Positions 9,736-17,644 of a DNA stretch of 25,533 nucleotides are shown here, piece after piece. The notes beneath the pieces are model-generated. The model worked only from the letters and a program-made list of their open reading frames with translations. It was not told the DNA's origin and ran no database searches. The DNA comes from an uncultured Rhodobacterales bacterium (GTDB lineage: Bacteria > Pseudomonadota > Alphaproteobacteria > Rhodobacterales > Rhodobacteraceae). Position 1 is the first letter of the stretch; each line of letters begins with the position of its first letter. The DNA is taken from positions 1-25,533 of the forward strand of contig CAZSSS010000001.1 in assembly GCA_964609255.1 (NCBI GenBank), in the 5' to 3' direction. Made by a program: the position numbers and the translations under genes.

Positions 9736-10617
9736 ATGACCAAAAAACCAACCCGACGGAGTCTTGGCCGCGGTCTGTCTACGTTGCTGGCAGATGTTGA
9801 TCTGAATGCTGATCGGCCAAGTGCGCATCGACCGATGGGCGAATCCACATTGCCGATTGAACAGTTACACGCCAATCCCGACCAGCCACGGCGGGATTTC
9901 AGTGTTGAAGACCTCGAGGACCTTGCCAACTCAATTCGCACAAAAGGTATCATTCAGCCCCTAATCGTGCGTCCTGACCCAAAAATTAGTGATGAATATC
10001 AAATAGTTGCAGGTGAACGTCGCTGGCGTGCTGCTCAGATGGCGCAAGTGCATAGAATCCCGGTAATTATTCGTCAGCTCGACGACACAGAGGTCTTGGA
10101 GCTGGGAATTATTGAAAATATCCAGCGAGCTGACCTGAATTCGGTTGAAGAAGCCTTGGGCTATCGTCAATTGATGGACCGTTTTGGCCATACGCAGGAA
10201 AAGCTGGCGGTGGCTTTGGGTAAATCTCGCAGCCATATTGCAAACCTTTTGCGTCTTTTGACTTTGCCTGACGAAGTTCTGACATACCTGCGTGAGGGAA
10301 AATTGTCATATGGCCATGCGCGTGCGCTTATTCCGTCGGTTAATCCGGCTGAATTGGCCCGCACAATTATTCGAAAATCGTTGAATGTGCGTCAAACGGA
10401 ACAATTGGCAAAATCTGATGGCACGCAATTGTCGAAAAAACGCCAGCTTCGCCCGGTAAAAGATGCTGATACGCGTGCGATCGAATCAGATCTTCAGGCG
10501 CATTTGAGGTTGAAGGTAAATATTGAGCACCGACATAATTCGGGCACCGGAGAGCTACGAATTTCGTATTCCTCATTGGAGGAGCTGGACGGGCTTTGTC
10601 AGCTCCTCTCAAAATAG
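9736..10617 (+). CDS. parB: Chromosome partitioning protein ParB/Spo0J
   Basis: LGRGLSTLL, NPDQPRRDF, GIIQPLIVR, IVAGERRWRAAQ (CTP-binding), IENIQRADL and HTH KSRSHIANLLRLL motifs. Confidence 0.97.
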   Translation: MTKKPTRRSLGRGLSTLLADVDLNADRPSAHRPMGESTLPIEQLHANPDQPRRDFSVEDLEDLANSIRTKGIIQPLIVRPDPKISDEYQIVAGERRWRAAQMAQVHRIPVIIRQLDDTEVLELGIIENIQRADLNSVEEALGYRQLMDRFGHTQEKLAVALGKSRSHIANLLRLLTLPDEVLTYLREGKLSYGHARALIPSVNPAELARTIIRKSLNVRQTEQLAKSDGTQLSKKRQLRPVKDADTRAIESDLQAHLRLKVNIEHRHNSGTGELRISYSSLEELDGLCQLLSK

Positions 10618-10618
10618 T

Positions 10619-11047
10619 TTAGTTGCGCACAACAAAAACGGATTGTCTGGCATAACGCACGACGCGCGCAGCGTTAGGGCCAAGAACAATATCAGTGCTG
10701 TTGGGCTGATATGATGAAATAACAATAAGGTCAGCGCCCAATTTATCGGCTATCTTATTGATTTCCTTATAGATTGACCCATGCCTAACGTAACAGGTCA
10801 CTTTCTGATCAGCCGGGACATGGTTTCGTGCAACTGCTTTCAGCTCATATTCCGCGTGCTCTATTGCTTTTTGAGCATAGTCTTTGGGAAAAAATGACCC
10901 CACCATGGCCATGCCAAAATCTGGGACAACATTAAATAACAACAGTTCTGCGTTGTCTTCTTTGGCCAGTTTTAGCGCCCTGGGCAGTGCAAGTTTCCAG
11001 GATGGTTCATCGTTAAGATCGATAGGCACAAATATCTTATTAAACAT
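10619..11047 (-). CDS. Universal stress protein, TRAP-associated (TeaD-like position)
   Basis: MFNKIFVPID, HGSIYKEI, ADLIVISS and LGPNAARVVRYA..SVFVVR USP motifs. Lies 11 bp after the TRAP permease; AAGGAG RBS. Confidence 0.88.
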   Translation of the reverse strand: MFNKIFVPIDLNDEPSWKLALPRALKLAKEDNAELLLFNVVPDFGMAMVGSFFPKDYAQKAIEHAEYELKAVARNHVPADQKVTCYVRHGSIYKEINKIADKLGADLIVISSYQPNSTDIVLGPNAARVVRYARQSVFVVRN

Positions 11048-11058
11048 GGTTTTCTCCT

Positions 11059-13680
11059 TTATGCCGTTTGGCTATTTAATTTACGTGCGCGGCCCGATTG
11101 CAAGAACCAGATAAGGGCCAGTAGCATTAATGCTGGAATATAGAACAGTTCTTTTGGCAGGCGTTCTGCGTCGATTTCTACCCGAATCACGTTCCAATAA
11201 AGATCAACACCGCGTTCGTCTGCGAAACTTTGCCCAACTATATTGTTAACAACATAATTGTCGCCGTCCGGTGCAAAAACCACACCAGCTATTTCCTTGA
11301 GCCGCGCGGCGCCATCGCCAATGCTCAATAATCCCAGCGGCAGTTCAAGCGTGGTTTCGGTTTGTCGGAAGGTTCGCGAATGCTCACCCGACATTCGAAT
11401 TCTCAGCACGGCGTCATCGGGCGCTTGGGTTGCCAAACGCTCAATTTCCGAAGCCGGAACAGTCACATAGGGTGCTTCAACCATATCCAGCCAGAATCCG
11501 GGTCGAAACAGGGTGAATGCAATTAATATCAGCGCCAGACTTTCCCAGATTCTTGATTTGGTAATAAACCAGTTTTGGGTTGCGGCGGCAAAAAGCAGCA
11601 TGGCAATAACCGCGATAATAAACACAAAAACCGCTTTCATCGGGGTCACGTCAATCAGCAAAAGTTCGGTGTTAAAGATGAACAAGAATGGCAGAATCGC
11701 CGTCCGCACATCATAACTAAACCCGATCAGGCCGGTTTTAATCGGATCCCCTTTTGAAATCGCCGCCGCGGCAAAGGCCGCCAACCCTACGGGCGGTGTG
11801 TCATCTGCCAGAATGCCAAAGTAAAACACAAACATATGCACCGCAATCAGCGGCACGATCAGGCCTGATTGTGCGCCGACCTCAATAATAACTGGTGCCA
11901 TTAGCGCAGTAATAACAATATAGGTGGCCGTGGTTGGCAGCCCCATGCCCAGAATAAGCGAGAATATCGCCACAAAAATCAGCATAAGCAGCAGCGAGCC
12001 ACCCGATATTGTCTCAATAAATTCGCCAATAACTTGATGCGCACCGGTTAATGTTACCGTGCCAACAATAATACCGGCGGTGCCTGTGGCAACCGCGATC
12101 CCGATCATATTGCGTGACCCGGAAATAAGGCCATCAATCAGTTGGCTCCAACCGGTTTTGATACCTGCGATGATGGCCCCGCTGCCTCGAAACATCGATT
12201 TCAGCGCGTTTTGGGTTATGGCCACAAATATCATGGCGATGGTTGCCCAAAATGCTGACAGCCCCGGTGAGAACCGTTCAATCATCAGACACCAGATAAG
12301 CACCACAACCGGCAGGCCGTAATAATACCCGGTCTTGGCAACATCGCCTGCAACAGGCAATTCCAGCAAGGGTTCGTCGGGGTCATCAACCACCAGATCG
12401 TCATACTTGGACGCCATATAAATAAGGCCAAGATAGGCAATCAGGAATACCACGGCCATGCCATAAACGGTATAATCACCAAACATGGGTTTTAACCAGC
12501 CAAGCCCGTAATAAACCCCGAGCGATAGCGCGATAAACACCAAAAATCCAAAAACCACGCTCATCAGACGTTGGGCTTTGGTGCGGTGATCACCCGGGCG
12601 AGGCATGCCCTCAAGGCCCATTTTGCAGGCCTCAAGGTGCACAATATAAACCAGCGCGATATAGCTGATAATCGCTGGCAGGAATGCGTGTTTGATAACC
12701 TCAAGATAAGGGATACCGACATATTCGATCATTAGAAATGCTGCTGCCCCCATCACAGGTGGGGTTAATTGACCATTGGTTGACGATGCAACCTCAACCG
12801 CGCCAGCTTTTTCGGCTGAAAACCCAACGCGTTTCATCAACGGAATGGTAAATGTGCCGGTGGTAACGGTGTTGGCAATGCTTGAGCCAGAGATCAGGCC
12901 AGTGGCGGCAGATGCCACCACGGCGGCTTTGGCCGGCCCGCCTTTTAGATGCCCCATCAGGGCAAAAGCAACTTTGATAAAATAATTCCCTGCTCCGGCT
13001 TTTTCAAGCAATGATCCAAACAGAACAAACAAAAATACCATAGAGGCCGAAACGCCCAGTGCTTGGCCAAATACGCCCTCGGTCTGCATCCAGAAATGCC
13101 CCATAGCTTTCTTAAAGCTGGCACCTTTCCATTGCATTGCATCGGGAATGAACTGTTGATCGCCAAAGAAAACGTAAATCAGAAAGAACCCGGCAACAAT
13201 GACCATTGGCAGGCCCAGCGCGCGATAGGTCGCGATTAACACAATCGTCAGACCAATTGCGGAAACAATCTGGTCTTTTGCAGTCCAGATACCGGCTGTA
13301 TCAGCGATCGCTTGTTGTGAAACCACAATATAGACACAGACCGAAACACCAGCCAGCGCCAGCACCCAGTCATAGATTGGAATATTGGTTTTGGATGACC
13401 CTTTGAACAACGGAAACGCAGTGCAGGCAAGGAACAAGGCAAAGGCCAGATGAATGGCGCGGGCTTTGGTGGAATCAACCACGAAAAAGCTTTGTCCGGT
13501 CCATGCGTTCAGATCAAACGGCAGGTTTGATGCGATATAAAGTTGAAAAATCGCCCAGGTTAAAGCAACCGATGTAATCAGTTTACCTTGCCATCCTATG
13601 GGGTTACGCGCGCCAACATCCAAATCGGCTGCCATTTCGGCGGCATCGATTCCGTTACCAGTATCTGTTGAATCTGTCAT
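11059..13680 (-). CDS. TRAP transporter 4TM/12TM fused permease with C-terminal extension (DUF3394-like)
   Basis: 873-aa highly hydrophobic protein with GGPAKAAVVAS, SGSSIANTVTTG, EVASSTNGQLTPPVMGAAAF, LGMGLPTTATY and ADDTPPVGLAAFAAA signatures. Confidence 0.93.
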   Translation of the reverse strand: MTDSTDTGNGIDAAEMAADLDVGARNPIGWQGKLITSVALTWAIFQLYIASNLPFDLNAWTGQSFFVVDSTKARAIHLAFALFLACTAFPLFKGSSKTNIPIYDWVLALAGVSVCVYIVVSQQAIADTAGIWTAKDQIVSAIGLTIVLIATYRALGLPMVIVAGFFLIYVFFGDQQFIPDAMQWKGASFKKAMGHFWMQTEGVFGQALGVSASMVFLFVLFGSLLEKAGAGNYFIKVAFALMGHLKGGPAKAAVVASAATGLISGSSIANTVTTGTFTIPLMKRVGFSAEKAGAVEVASSTNGQLTPPVMGAAAFLMIEYVGIPYLEVIKHAFLPAIISYIALVYIVHLEACKMGLEGMPRPGDHRTKAQRLMSVVFGFLVFIALSLGVYYGLGWLKPMFGDYTVYGMAVVFLIAYLGLIYMASKYDDLVVDDPDEPLLELPVAGDVAKTGYYYGLPVVVLIWCLMIERFSPGLSAFWATIAMIFVAITQNALKSMFRGSGAIIAGIKTGWSQLIDGLISGSRNMIGIAVATGTAGIIVGTVTLTGAHQVIGEFIETISGGSLLLMLIFVAIFSLILGMGLPTTATYIVITALMAPVIIEVGAQSGLIVPLIAVHMFVFYFGILADDTPPVGLAAFAAAAISKGDPIKTGLIGFSYDVRTAILPFLFIFNTELLLIDVTPMKAVFVFIIAVIAMLLFAAATQNWFITKSRIWESLALILIAFTLFRPGFWLDMVEAPYVTVPASEIERLATQAPDDAVLRIRMSGEHSRTFRQTETTLELPLGLLSIGDGAARLKEIAGVVFAPDGDNYVVNNIVGQSFADERGVDLYWNVIRVEIDAERLPKELFYIPALMLLALIWFLQSGRARKLNSQTA

Positions 13681-13737
13681 TTTGTTCCCTATCGTTCTAT
13701 AAAACCCAGCCGATATGTTTCAGCTTTTGGGTAAAGA

Positions 13738-13761
13738 GGTGAGGCCCGACCGGGCCTCACC
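13738..13761 (-). terminator. GC-rich stem-loop between the TAXI gene and the permease (weak terminator or mRNA-stabilising hairpin)
   Basis: GGTGAGGCCC-GACC-GGGCCTCACC, a 10-bp stem 9 nt after the TAXI stop, followed on the minus strand by only TCTTTA. Confidence 0.6.
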
Positions 13762-13770
13762 AAGAGGAAA

Positions 13771-14736
13771 TTAATCCATTAATCCAAGTTCCTGATACGC
13801 ACGGATCGCACCGGGGTGCAATGGCGCGGACAGGCTGTCGCGGATCATTTCTTCAGCTTTGAGGTTGGCAAATGCAGGGTGCAGTTTGCGGAAATCCTCT
13901 AGGTTGCCCAAAACAGCCAAGGCTACTTGGTAAACCGCTTCCTCAGACACGCTTGCGGATGTCACAAAGGTTGCGCCAACACCAAATGTCTGGATGTCGT
14001 CAGGGTTGCCCGGATACATGCCGCCCGGAATTGTGGCGTAACGATAATAATCGTTGGCCTCAACCAAAGCGTCAATTTCTGGCGAAACAGCTGGCACAAT
14101 AATCGCATCACAAGATGCAATGGTTTCTTGTGTCAGGCCGGATGGGTGACCCACCAACCAGAAATAACCGTCGATTTTGTTGTCGCAAAGTGCGCCAGCA
14201 GTTTCAGACGATTTCATGCCGGACGCCAGCGCCAGATCTTCACGAGCCCAGCCCATGGCACCTTCAATAACTTCCCATGTGCCCAATGTGCCCGAACCCG
14301 GGTTGCCAATATTAAAGCGTTTGCCCGGAATATCGGTGATATTGTTGATACCCGAATCGCGGCGCGCCAAGATGGTTACAGGTTCAGCGTGAACCGAAAA
14401 CACAGCGCGAAGATCTTCAAATGCGCCCTGTTCTTCGAATTTCGACGTGCCGTGATAGGCATGGTATTGCCAATCTGACTGCGCCACACCAAATTCCAAT
14501 TCGCCTTCGCGAATGGTGTTGATATTATAGATAGAGCCACCGGTTGATTCAACCGAGCAACGGAATCCGTGTTCAGCACGGTTTTTGTTGACCAAACGGC
14601 AAATCGCGCCGCCAGTTGGGTAATAAACCCCTGTCACACCGCCGGTGCCGATTGAAATAAATTGTTGCTGCGCAGCGACAGAGCCGCCCAAAGCACCAAC
14701 AACGGCTGCTGCAAGTGTAATATGTGTAAGTTTCAT
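13771..14736 (-). CDS. TAXI-family TRAP transporter solute-binding protein
   Basis: Signal-peptide-like N-terminus, then FISIGTGGVTGVYYPTGGAIC, STGGSIYNI, VAQSDWQYHAY, NIGNPGSG and APLHPGAIRAY motifs. Confidence 0.95.
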   Translation of the reverse strand: MKLTHITLAAAVVGALGGSVAAQQQFISIGTGGVTGVYYPTGGAICRLVNKNRAEHGFRCSVESTGGSIYNINTIREGELEFGVAQSDWQYHAYHGTSKFEEQGAFEDLRAVFSVHAEPVTILARRDSGINNITDIPGKRFNIGNPGSGTLGTWEVIEGAMGWAREDLALASGMKSSETAGALCDNKIDGYFWLVGHPSGLTQETIASCDAIIVPAVSPEIDALVEANDYYRYATIPGGMYPGNPDDIQTFGVGATFVTSASVSEEAVYQVALAVLGNLEDFRKLHPAFANLKAEEMIRDSLSAPLHPGAIRAYQELGLMD

Positions 14737-14781
14737 TCTTTTCTCCCAATAGACATATGTATTTTCTTACATGTTGCCATC

Positions 14782-14810
14782 CTAATATTTGTCGTCTAGG
14801 CGACATTCAA
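14782..14810 (-). promoter_or_regulatory. Candidate sigma70 promoter for TAXI-TRAP-USP with a 16-bp palindromic operator in the spacer
   Basis: Minus strand reads TTGAAT-N17-TATTAG. The palindrome TGTCG-TCTAGG-CGACA occupies 14790-14805. Confidence 0.5.
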
Positions 14811-14846
14811 GGTAAACGATGGCGTTTCGACCCCGAAATTAGAATT

Positions 14847-16454
14847 CTAAAAAGCCCCCGCATACTGGGTTTTATCGATGCGACAAGCAAGTAAACTGAA
14901 ATTTTTTGAACAGAGTGCACTATTTAGAGCGTTTTTCAACGATTTACTAGAATCAACCCAAACGGCGTTGCCGCCATAGGCGTTTACTATACTCACAAAA
15001 TCCGTTGACGCAAAATCTACTCCCAGATTGGGCAGGTTGCTTCGGCTTTGTTTAAGTTCAATGAGTGACAGCGACTGGTCAACCAGCAACACAACTATGA
15101 CCGGTAAGTGCATGTCGCGCAAGGTTGCCAGTTCTCCGATTACCATTTCCAAACCGGCATCGCCAATAAATGCGATAACTTTTGGACCATTTGGTCCGGC
15201 CGCCTTGGCATAACCAATGGCCAATGGCAGGCTGATGCCCATGGTGCAAAAACAACTGGATTGCAGCAAGGTTTGCGGCGCCAGACAGTGCCACATCTGG
15301 GATAGTAGAATCCGGTGTGCGCCGCTATCGGCAACAGCGATTGATCCGGCGGGAATAGTGTTTTGGATGGTGGCAAAAACAGTGTGCGGGCCCCATTCAG
15401 CACGGTCAGAAAACATGTCCTGCAGGGCGGTTTTGACGATGGATGGTTCACCATTAACCCAAGATTGCCCATGGGATGTTGTGTTTGATAAGGCCGCGAT
15501 GGCATTGGCAACATTGCCAATAAACCGCACCGCACTTCCGTGCATACCGTGTTGAATATCCGCATGGCTGATATCAATCGCAACGGTTGCATGCCACGGT
15601 TCGATCCAGCCGTTGCGCATTTCAATGGGGTCATAGCCTGCCAGAATGATGCAATCAGACTTGGCCAATAGCGGCAAAACCACCGTATCCGACAAAGGCG
15701 AAAGCCCGTGCCCGCCCAGCGATAACGCATGATCTTCGGGGATGATTCCCTTGGCCTTATAGGTGGTCAAAACCGGGATATTACGGGTTTCTGCCAGCGC
15801 CAGAATTGCGGCACCCGCATGGTGATGCACTGCGCCAAGGCCTGCCAAAATAATTGGCCGCCCAGCGTTTGCCAGCATTTTTCGGGCTTTGGCCAGCCCA
15901 TCGTCTTCAGCCCAGTTTACAGCGGCAGGGTATTGCAACGCGCGTTCAATCACCTGAATTTCAGATGGCGCAATATTGTGCGGAACATCCACATGAACCG
16001 GTCCCGGCGGGTCGGCTTTGGCGATTGCTATGGCTTTTTCAATCATGGCTTGGGCGCTGCCCTCACCAATTTGAAACTGTGCTTTGGTGATCGGGGCCAT
16101 TAAGGCGCTTTGGTCGATCACTTGATGGGTGAAACTGGCGGCCTCGGTGGCGGTGATACAGCCCGACAAAACAATCATCGGAACCTGTTCCTGAAACGCA
16201 TTGGCAACCGAGTTCAGCCCGTTGGCCAACCCCGGCCCGATCGTAGTCAGCAATATCGCTGGTGCGCCAGTGGCATGATATGTCCCCTCAGCCATGTATC
16301 CGGCGTTGTTTTCATGCTTGCACAGTGAAAATTCGATCCCAACCTGATCCAATGCTTGCATCAGCACCAAAACCTCGCCGCCGGGCATGCCAAATGCGTG
16401 GCGACATCCGGCATCATGCAGCTTTTGCGCAATGATTTCTGCGGCTGTGGTCAT
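14847..16454 (-). CDS. ThDP-dependent enzyme, acetolactate synthase/decarboxylase superfamily; substrate unknown
   Basis: AFGMPGGE, KHENNAGYMAEG (catalytic Glu), TIGPGLAN, PPGPVHVDVP, DSGAHR and MGISLPLAIG motifs. The ThDP motif reads GDA-x24-VD. ATGA overlap with acd. Confidence 0.85.
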   Translation of the reverse strand: MTTAAEIIAQKLHDAGCRHAFGMPGGEVLVLMQALDQVGIEFSLCKHENNAGYMAEGTYHATGAPAILLTTIGPGLANGLNSVANAFQEQVPMIVLSGCITATEAASFTHQVIDQSALMAPITKAQFQIGEGSAQAMIEKAIAIAKADPPGPVHVDVPHNIAPSEIQVIERALQYPAAVNWAEDDGLAKARKMLANAGRPIILAGLGAVHHHAGAAILALAETRNIPVLTTYKAKGIIPEDHALSLGGHGLSPLSDTVVLPLLAKSDCIILAGYDPIEMRNGWIEPWHATVAIDISHADIQHGMHGSAVRFIGNVANAIAALSNTTSHGQSWVNGEPSIVKTALQDMFSDRAEWGPHTVFATIQNTIPAGSIAVADSGAHRILLSQMWHCLAPQTLLQSSCFCTMGISLPLAIGYAKAAGPNGPKVIAFIGDAGLEMVIGELATLRDMHLPVIVVLLVDQSLSLIELKQSRSNLPNLGVDFASTDFVSIVNAYGGNAVWVDSSKSLKNALNSALCSKNFSLLACRIDKTQYAGAF

Positions 16455-17644
16455 GGCATGTATCCGTCGCGGCTTTGCGGTAATTTCATGTCCAGAATTT
16501 TCCCAGCAATGAGATTGCGCAGCATTTGCGCTGTGCCGCCACCGATCGTAAACATACGCGCGTCGCGCACCATTCGTTCCAGCGGCAAGTTGCGGGAATA
16601 TCCGGCTGCGCCGTGTAATTGCAGCGCATCATTGCTGACTTTGACCGCAGTTTCTGAGGCGGTAAGTTTGGCCTGCGCTGCCAATAAAGGGTCTGGAAAG
16701 CCGCTTTTTGTGTGTTCAGCACTTGCAGCGGCGCGCCAAATCATCATTCTGGCCGATTCAAGCGCCACATTCATATCCGCCAGCATCCATTGCAACCCTT
16801 GAAATTCGGCAATCGGACGGCCGAATTGTTCTCGCATTTTTACAAAATCCAAGGCTTGTTCATAGGCACCGGCCGCGATGCCCAGCGCCACGGTTCCCGC
16901 ACCAACCCGCTGACCGTTATAGGCGTTCATCAATCCGGCAAAGCCGCGTTTAACACCACCGGGCGGGATAAGCGCCATGCTGGCATCGATCTCCATATTG
17001 TCAAAAATAACTTCGGTTTCGGGAATTCCGCGCAGGCCCATAGCCGGTTCGCGGGTGCCAATTTTCAGCCCGTCATCCTCTCCGCGCACCGCAATAAACC
17101 CGCCAATGCCCAGCCGTTCGCCGTTTTCCTCAACCTGCGCAAAAATCAGATGCGTCTTGGAGACACCGCCGCCGGTAATCCAGTGTTTGACGCCATTAAG
17201 AATATATTTATCAGCCCGTTTAACCGCCGTGGTTGTCATTTGTGTTGCCGCAGATCCCGACCCCGGTTCAGTAATGCAAATCGCCGGTTTGTCCCCGGCC
17301 AAAATCAATGGCGCAATTCGATTTATCTGAGCATCAGAGCCATAAGCACAAATCGCGCCGATTGCGCCCATATTGCCCTCAACCACAATGCGCGCCGTAA
17401 CTCCGCATGTTTTTGCCAGTTCCTCAACCACCAACACAACATCCATATAAGAACAACCCATTCCGCCGTATTTCTTGGGAATAGTCATGCCCATGAACCC
17501 CGCCTCGGTCAGGGATTTTATGTTATGCCACGGGTATTCTTCGCTGCGGTCAACATCCGCTGCGCGCGGGCCGATAACATCTTTTGCCAGTTTTCGCGCG
17601 GCGTCCCGAAGCAACAATTGTTCATCCGTTAGGTAAAACATCAT
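16451..17644 (-). CDS. acd: Acyl-CoA dehydrogenase-fold protein, probable 3-sulfinopropanoyl-CoA desulfinase
   Basis: ACAD fold lacking both canonical catalytic Glu positions (YNGQR instead of xxER; FTIGGGTAQ instead of YEGTxQ). ARIVVEGN, KPAICITEPG, WITGGGVSK and the C-terminal KILDMKLPQSRDGY match the Advenella mimigardefordensis AcdDPN7 sequence as recalled. Start 17644 (ATGA overlap) or 17641. Confidence 0.82.
   Translation of the reverse strand: MMFYLTDEQLLLRDAARKLAKDVIGPRAADVDRSEEYPWHNIKSLTEAGFMGMTIPKKYGGMGCSYMDVVLVVEELAKTCGVTARIVVEGNMGAIGAICAYGSDAQINRIAPLILAGDKPAICITEPGSGSAATQMTTTAVKRADKYILNGVKHWITGGGVSKTHLIFAQVEENGERLGIGGFIAVRGEDDGLKIGTREPAMGLRGIPETEVIFDNMEIDASMALIPPGGVKRGFAGLMNAYNGQRVGAGTVALGIAAGAYEQALDFVKMREQFGRPIAEFQGLQWMLADMNVALESARMMIWRAAASAEHTKSGFPDPLLAAQAKLTASETAVKVSNDALQLHGAAGYSRNLPLERMVRDARMFTIGGGTAQMLRNLIAGKILDMKLPQSRDGYMP

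Noticed and set aside
10619-11047. Degenerate ATP-binding motif in the USP (SSY...LGPN)
   Set aside because: It appears to be a common variant among TAXI-associated USPs and is not distinctive on its own.
14847-16454. Calling the ThDP protein anabolic AHAS (ilvB/ilvI) or sulfoacetaldehyde acetyltransferase (xsc)
   Set aside because: There is no small subunit or ilvC nearby, the cofactor motif is GDA..VD, and the N-terminus lacks the Xsc-type TTEEAFVK/GIIGSA signature and a linked pta.
16451-17644. Calling acd an ordinary fatty acyl-CoA dehydrogenase
   Set aside because: Both alternative catalytic glutamate positions are substituted (Gln and Gly).
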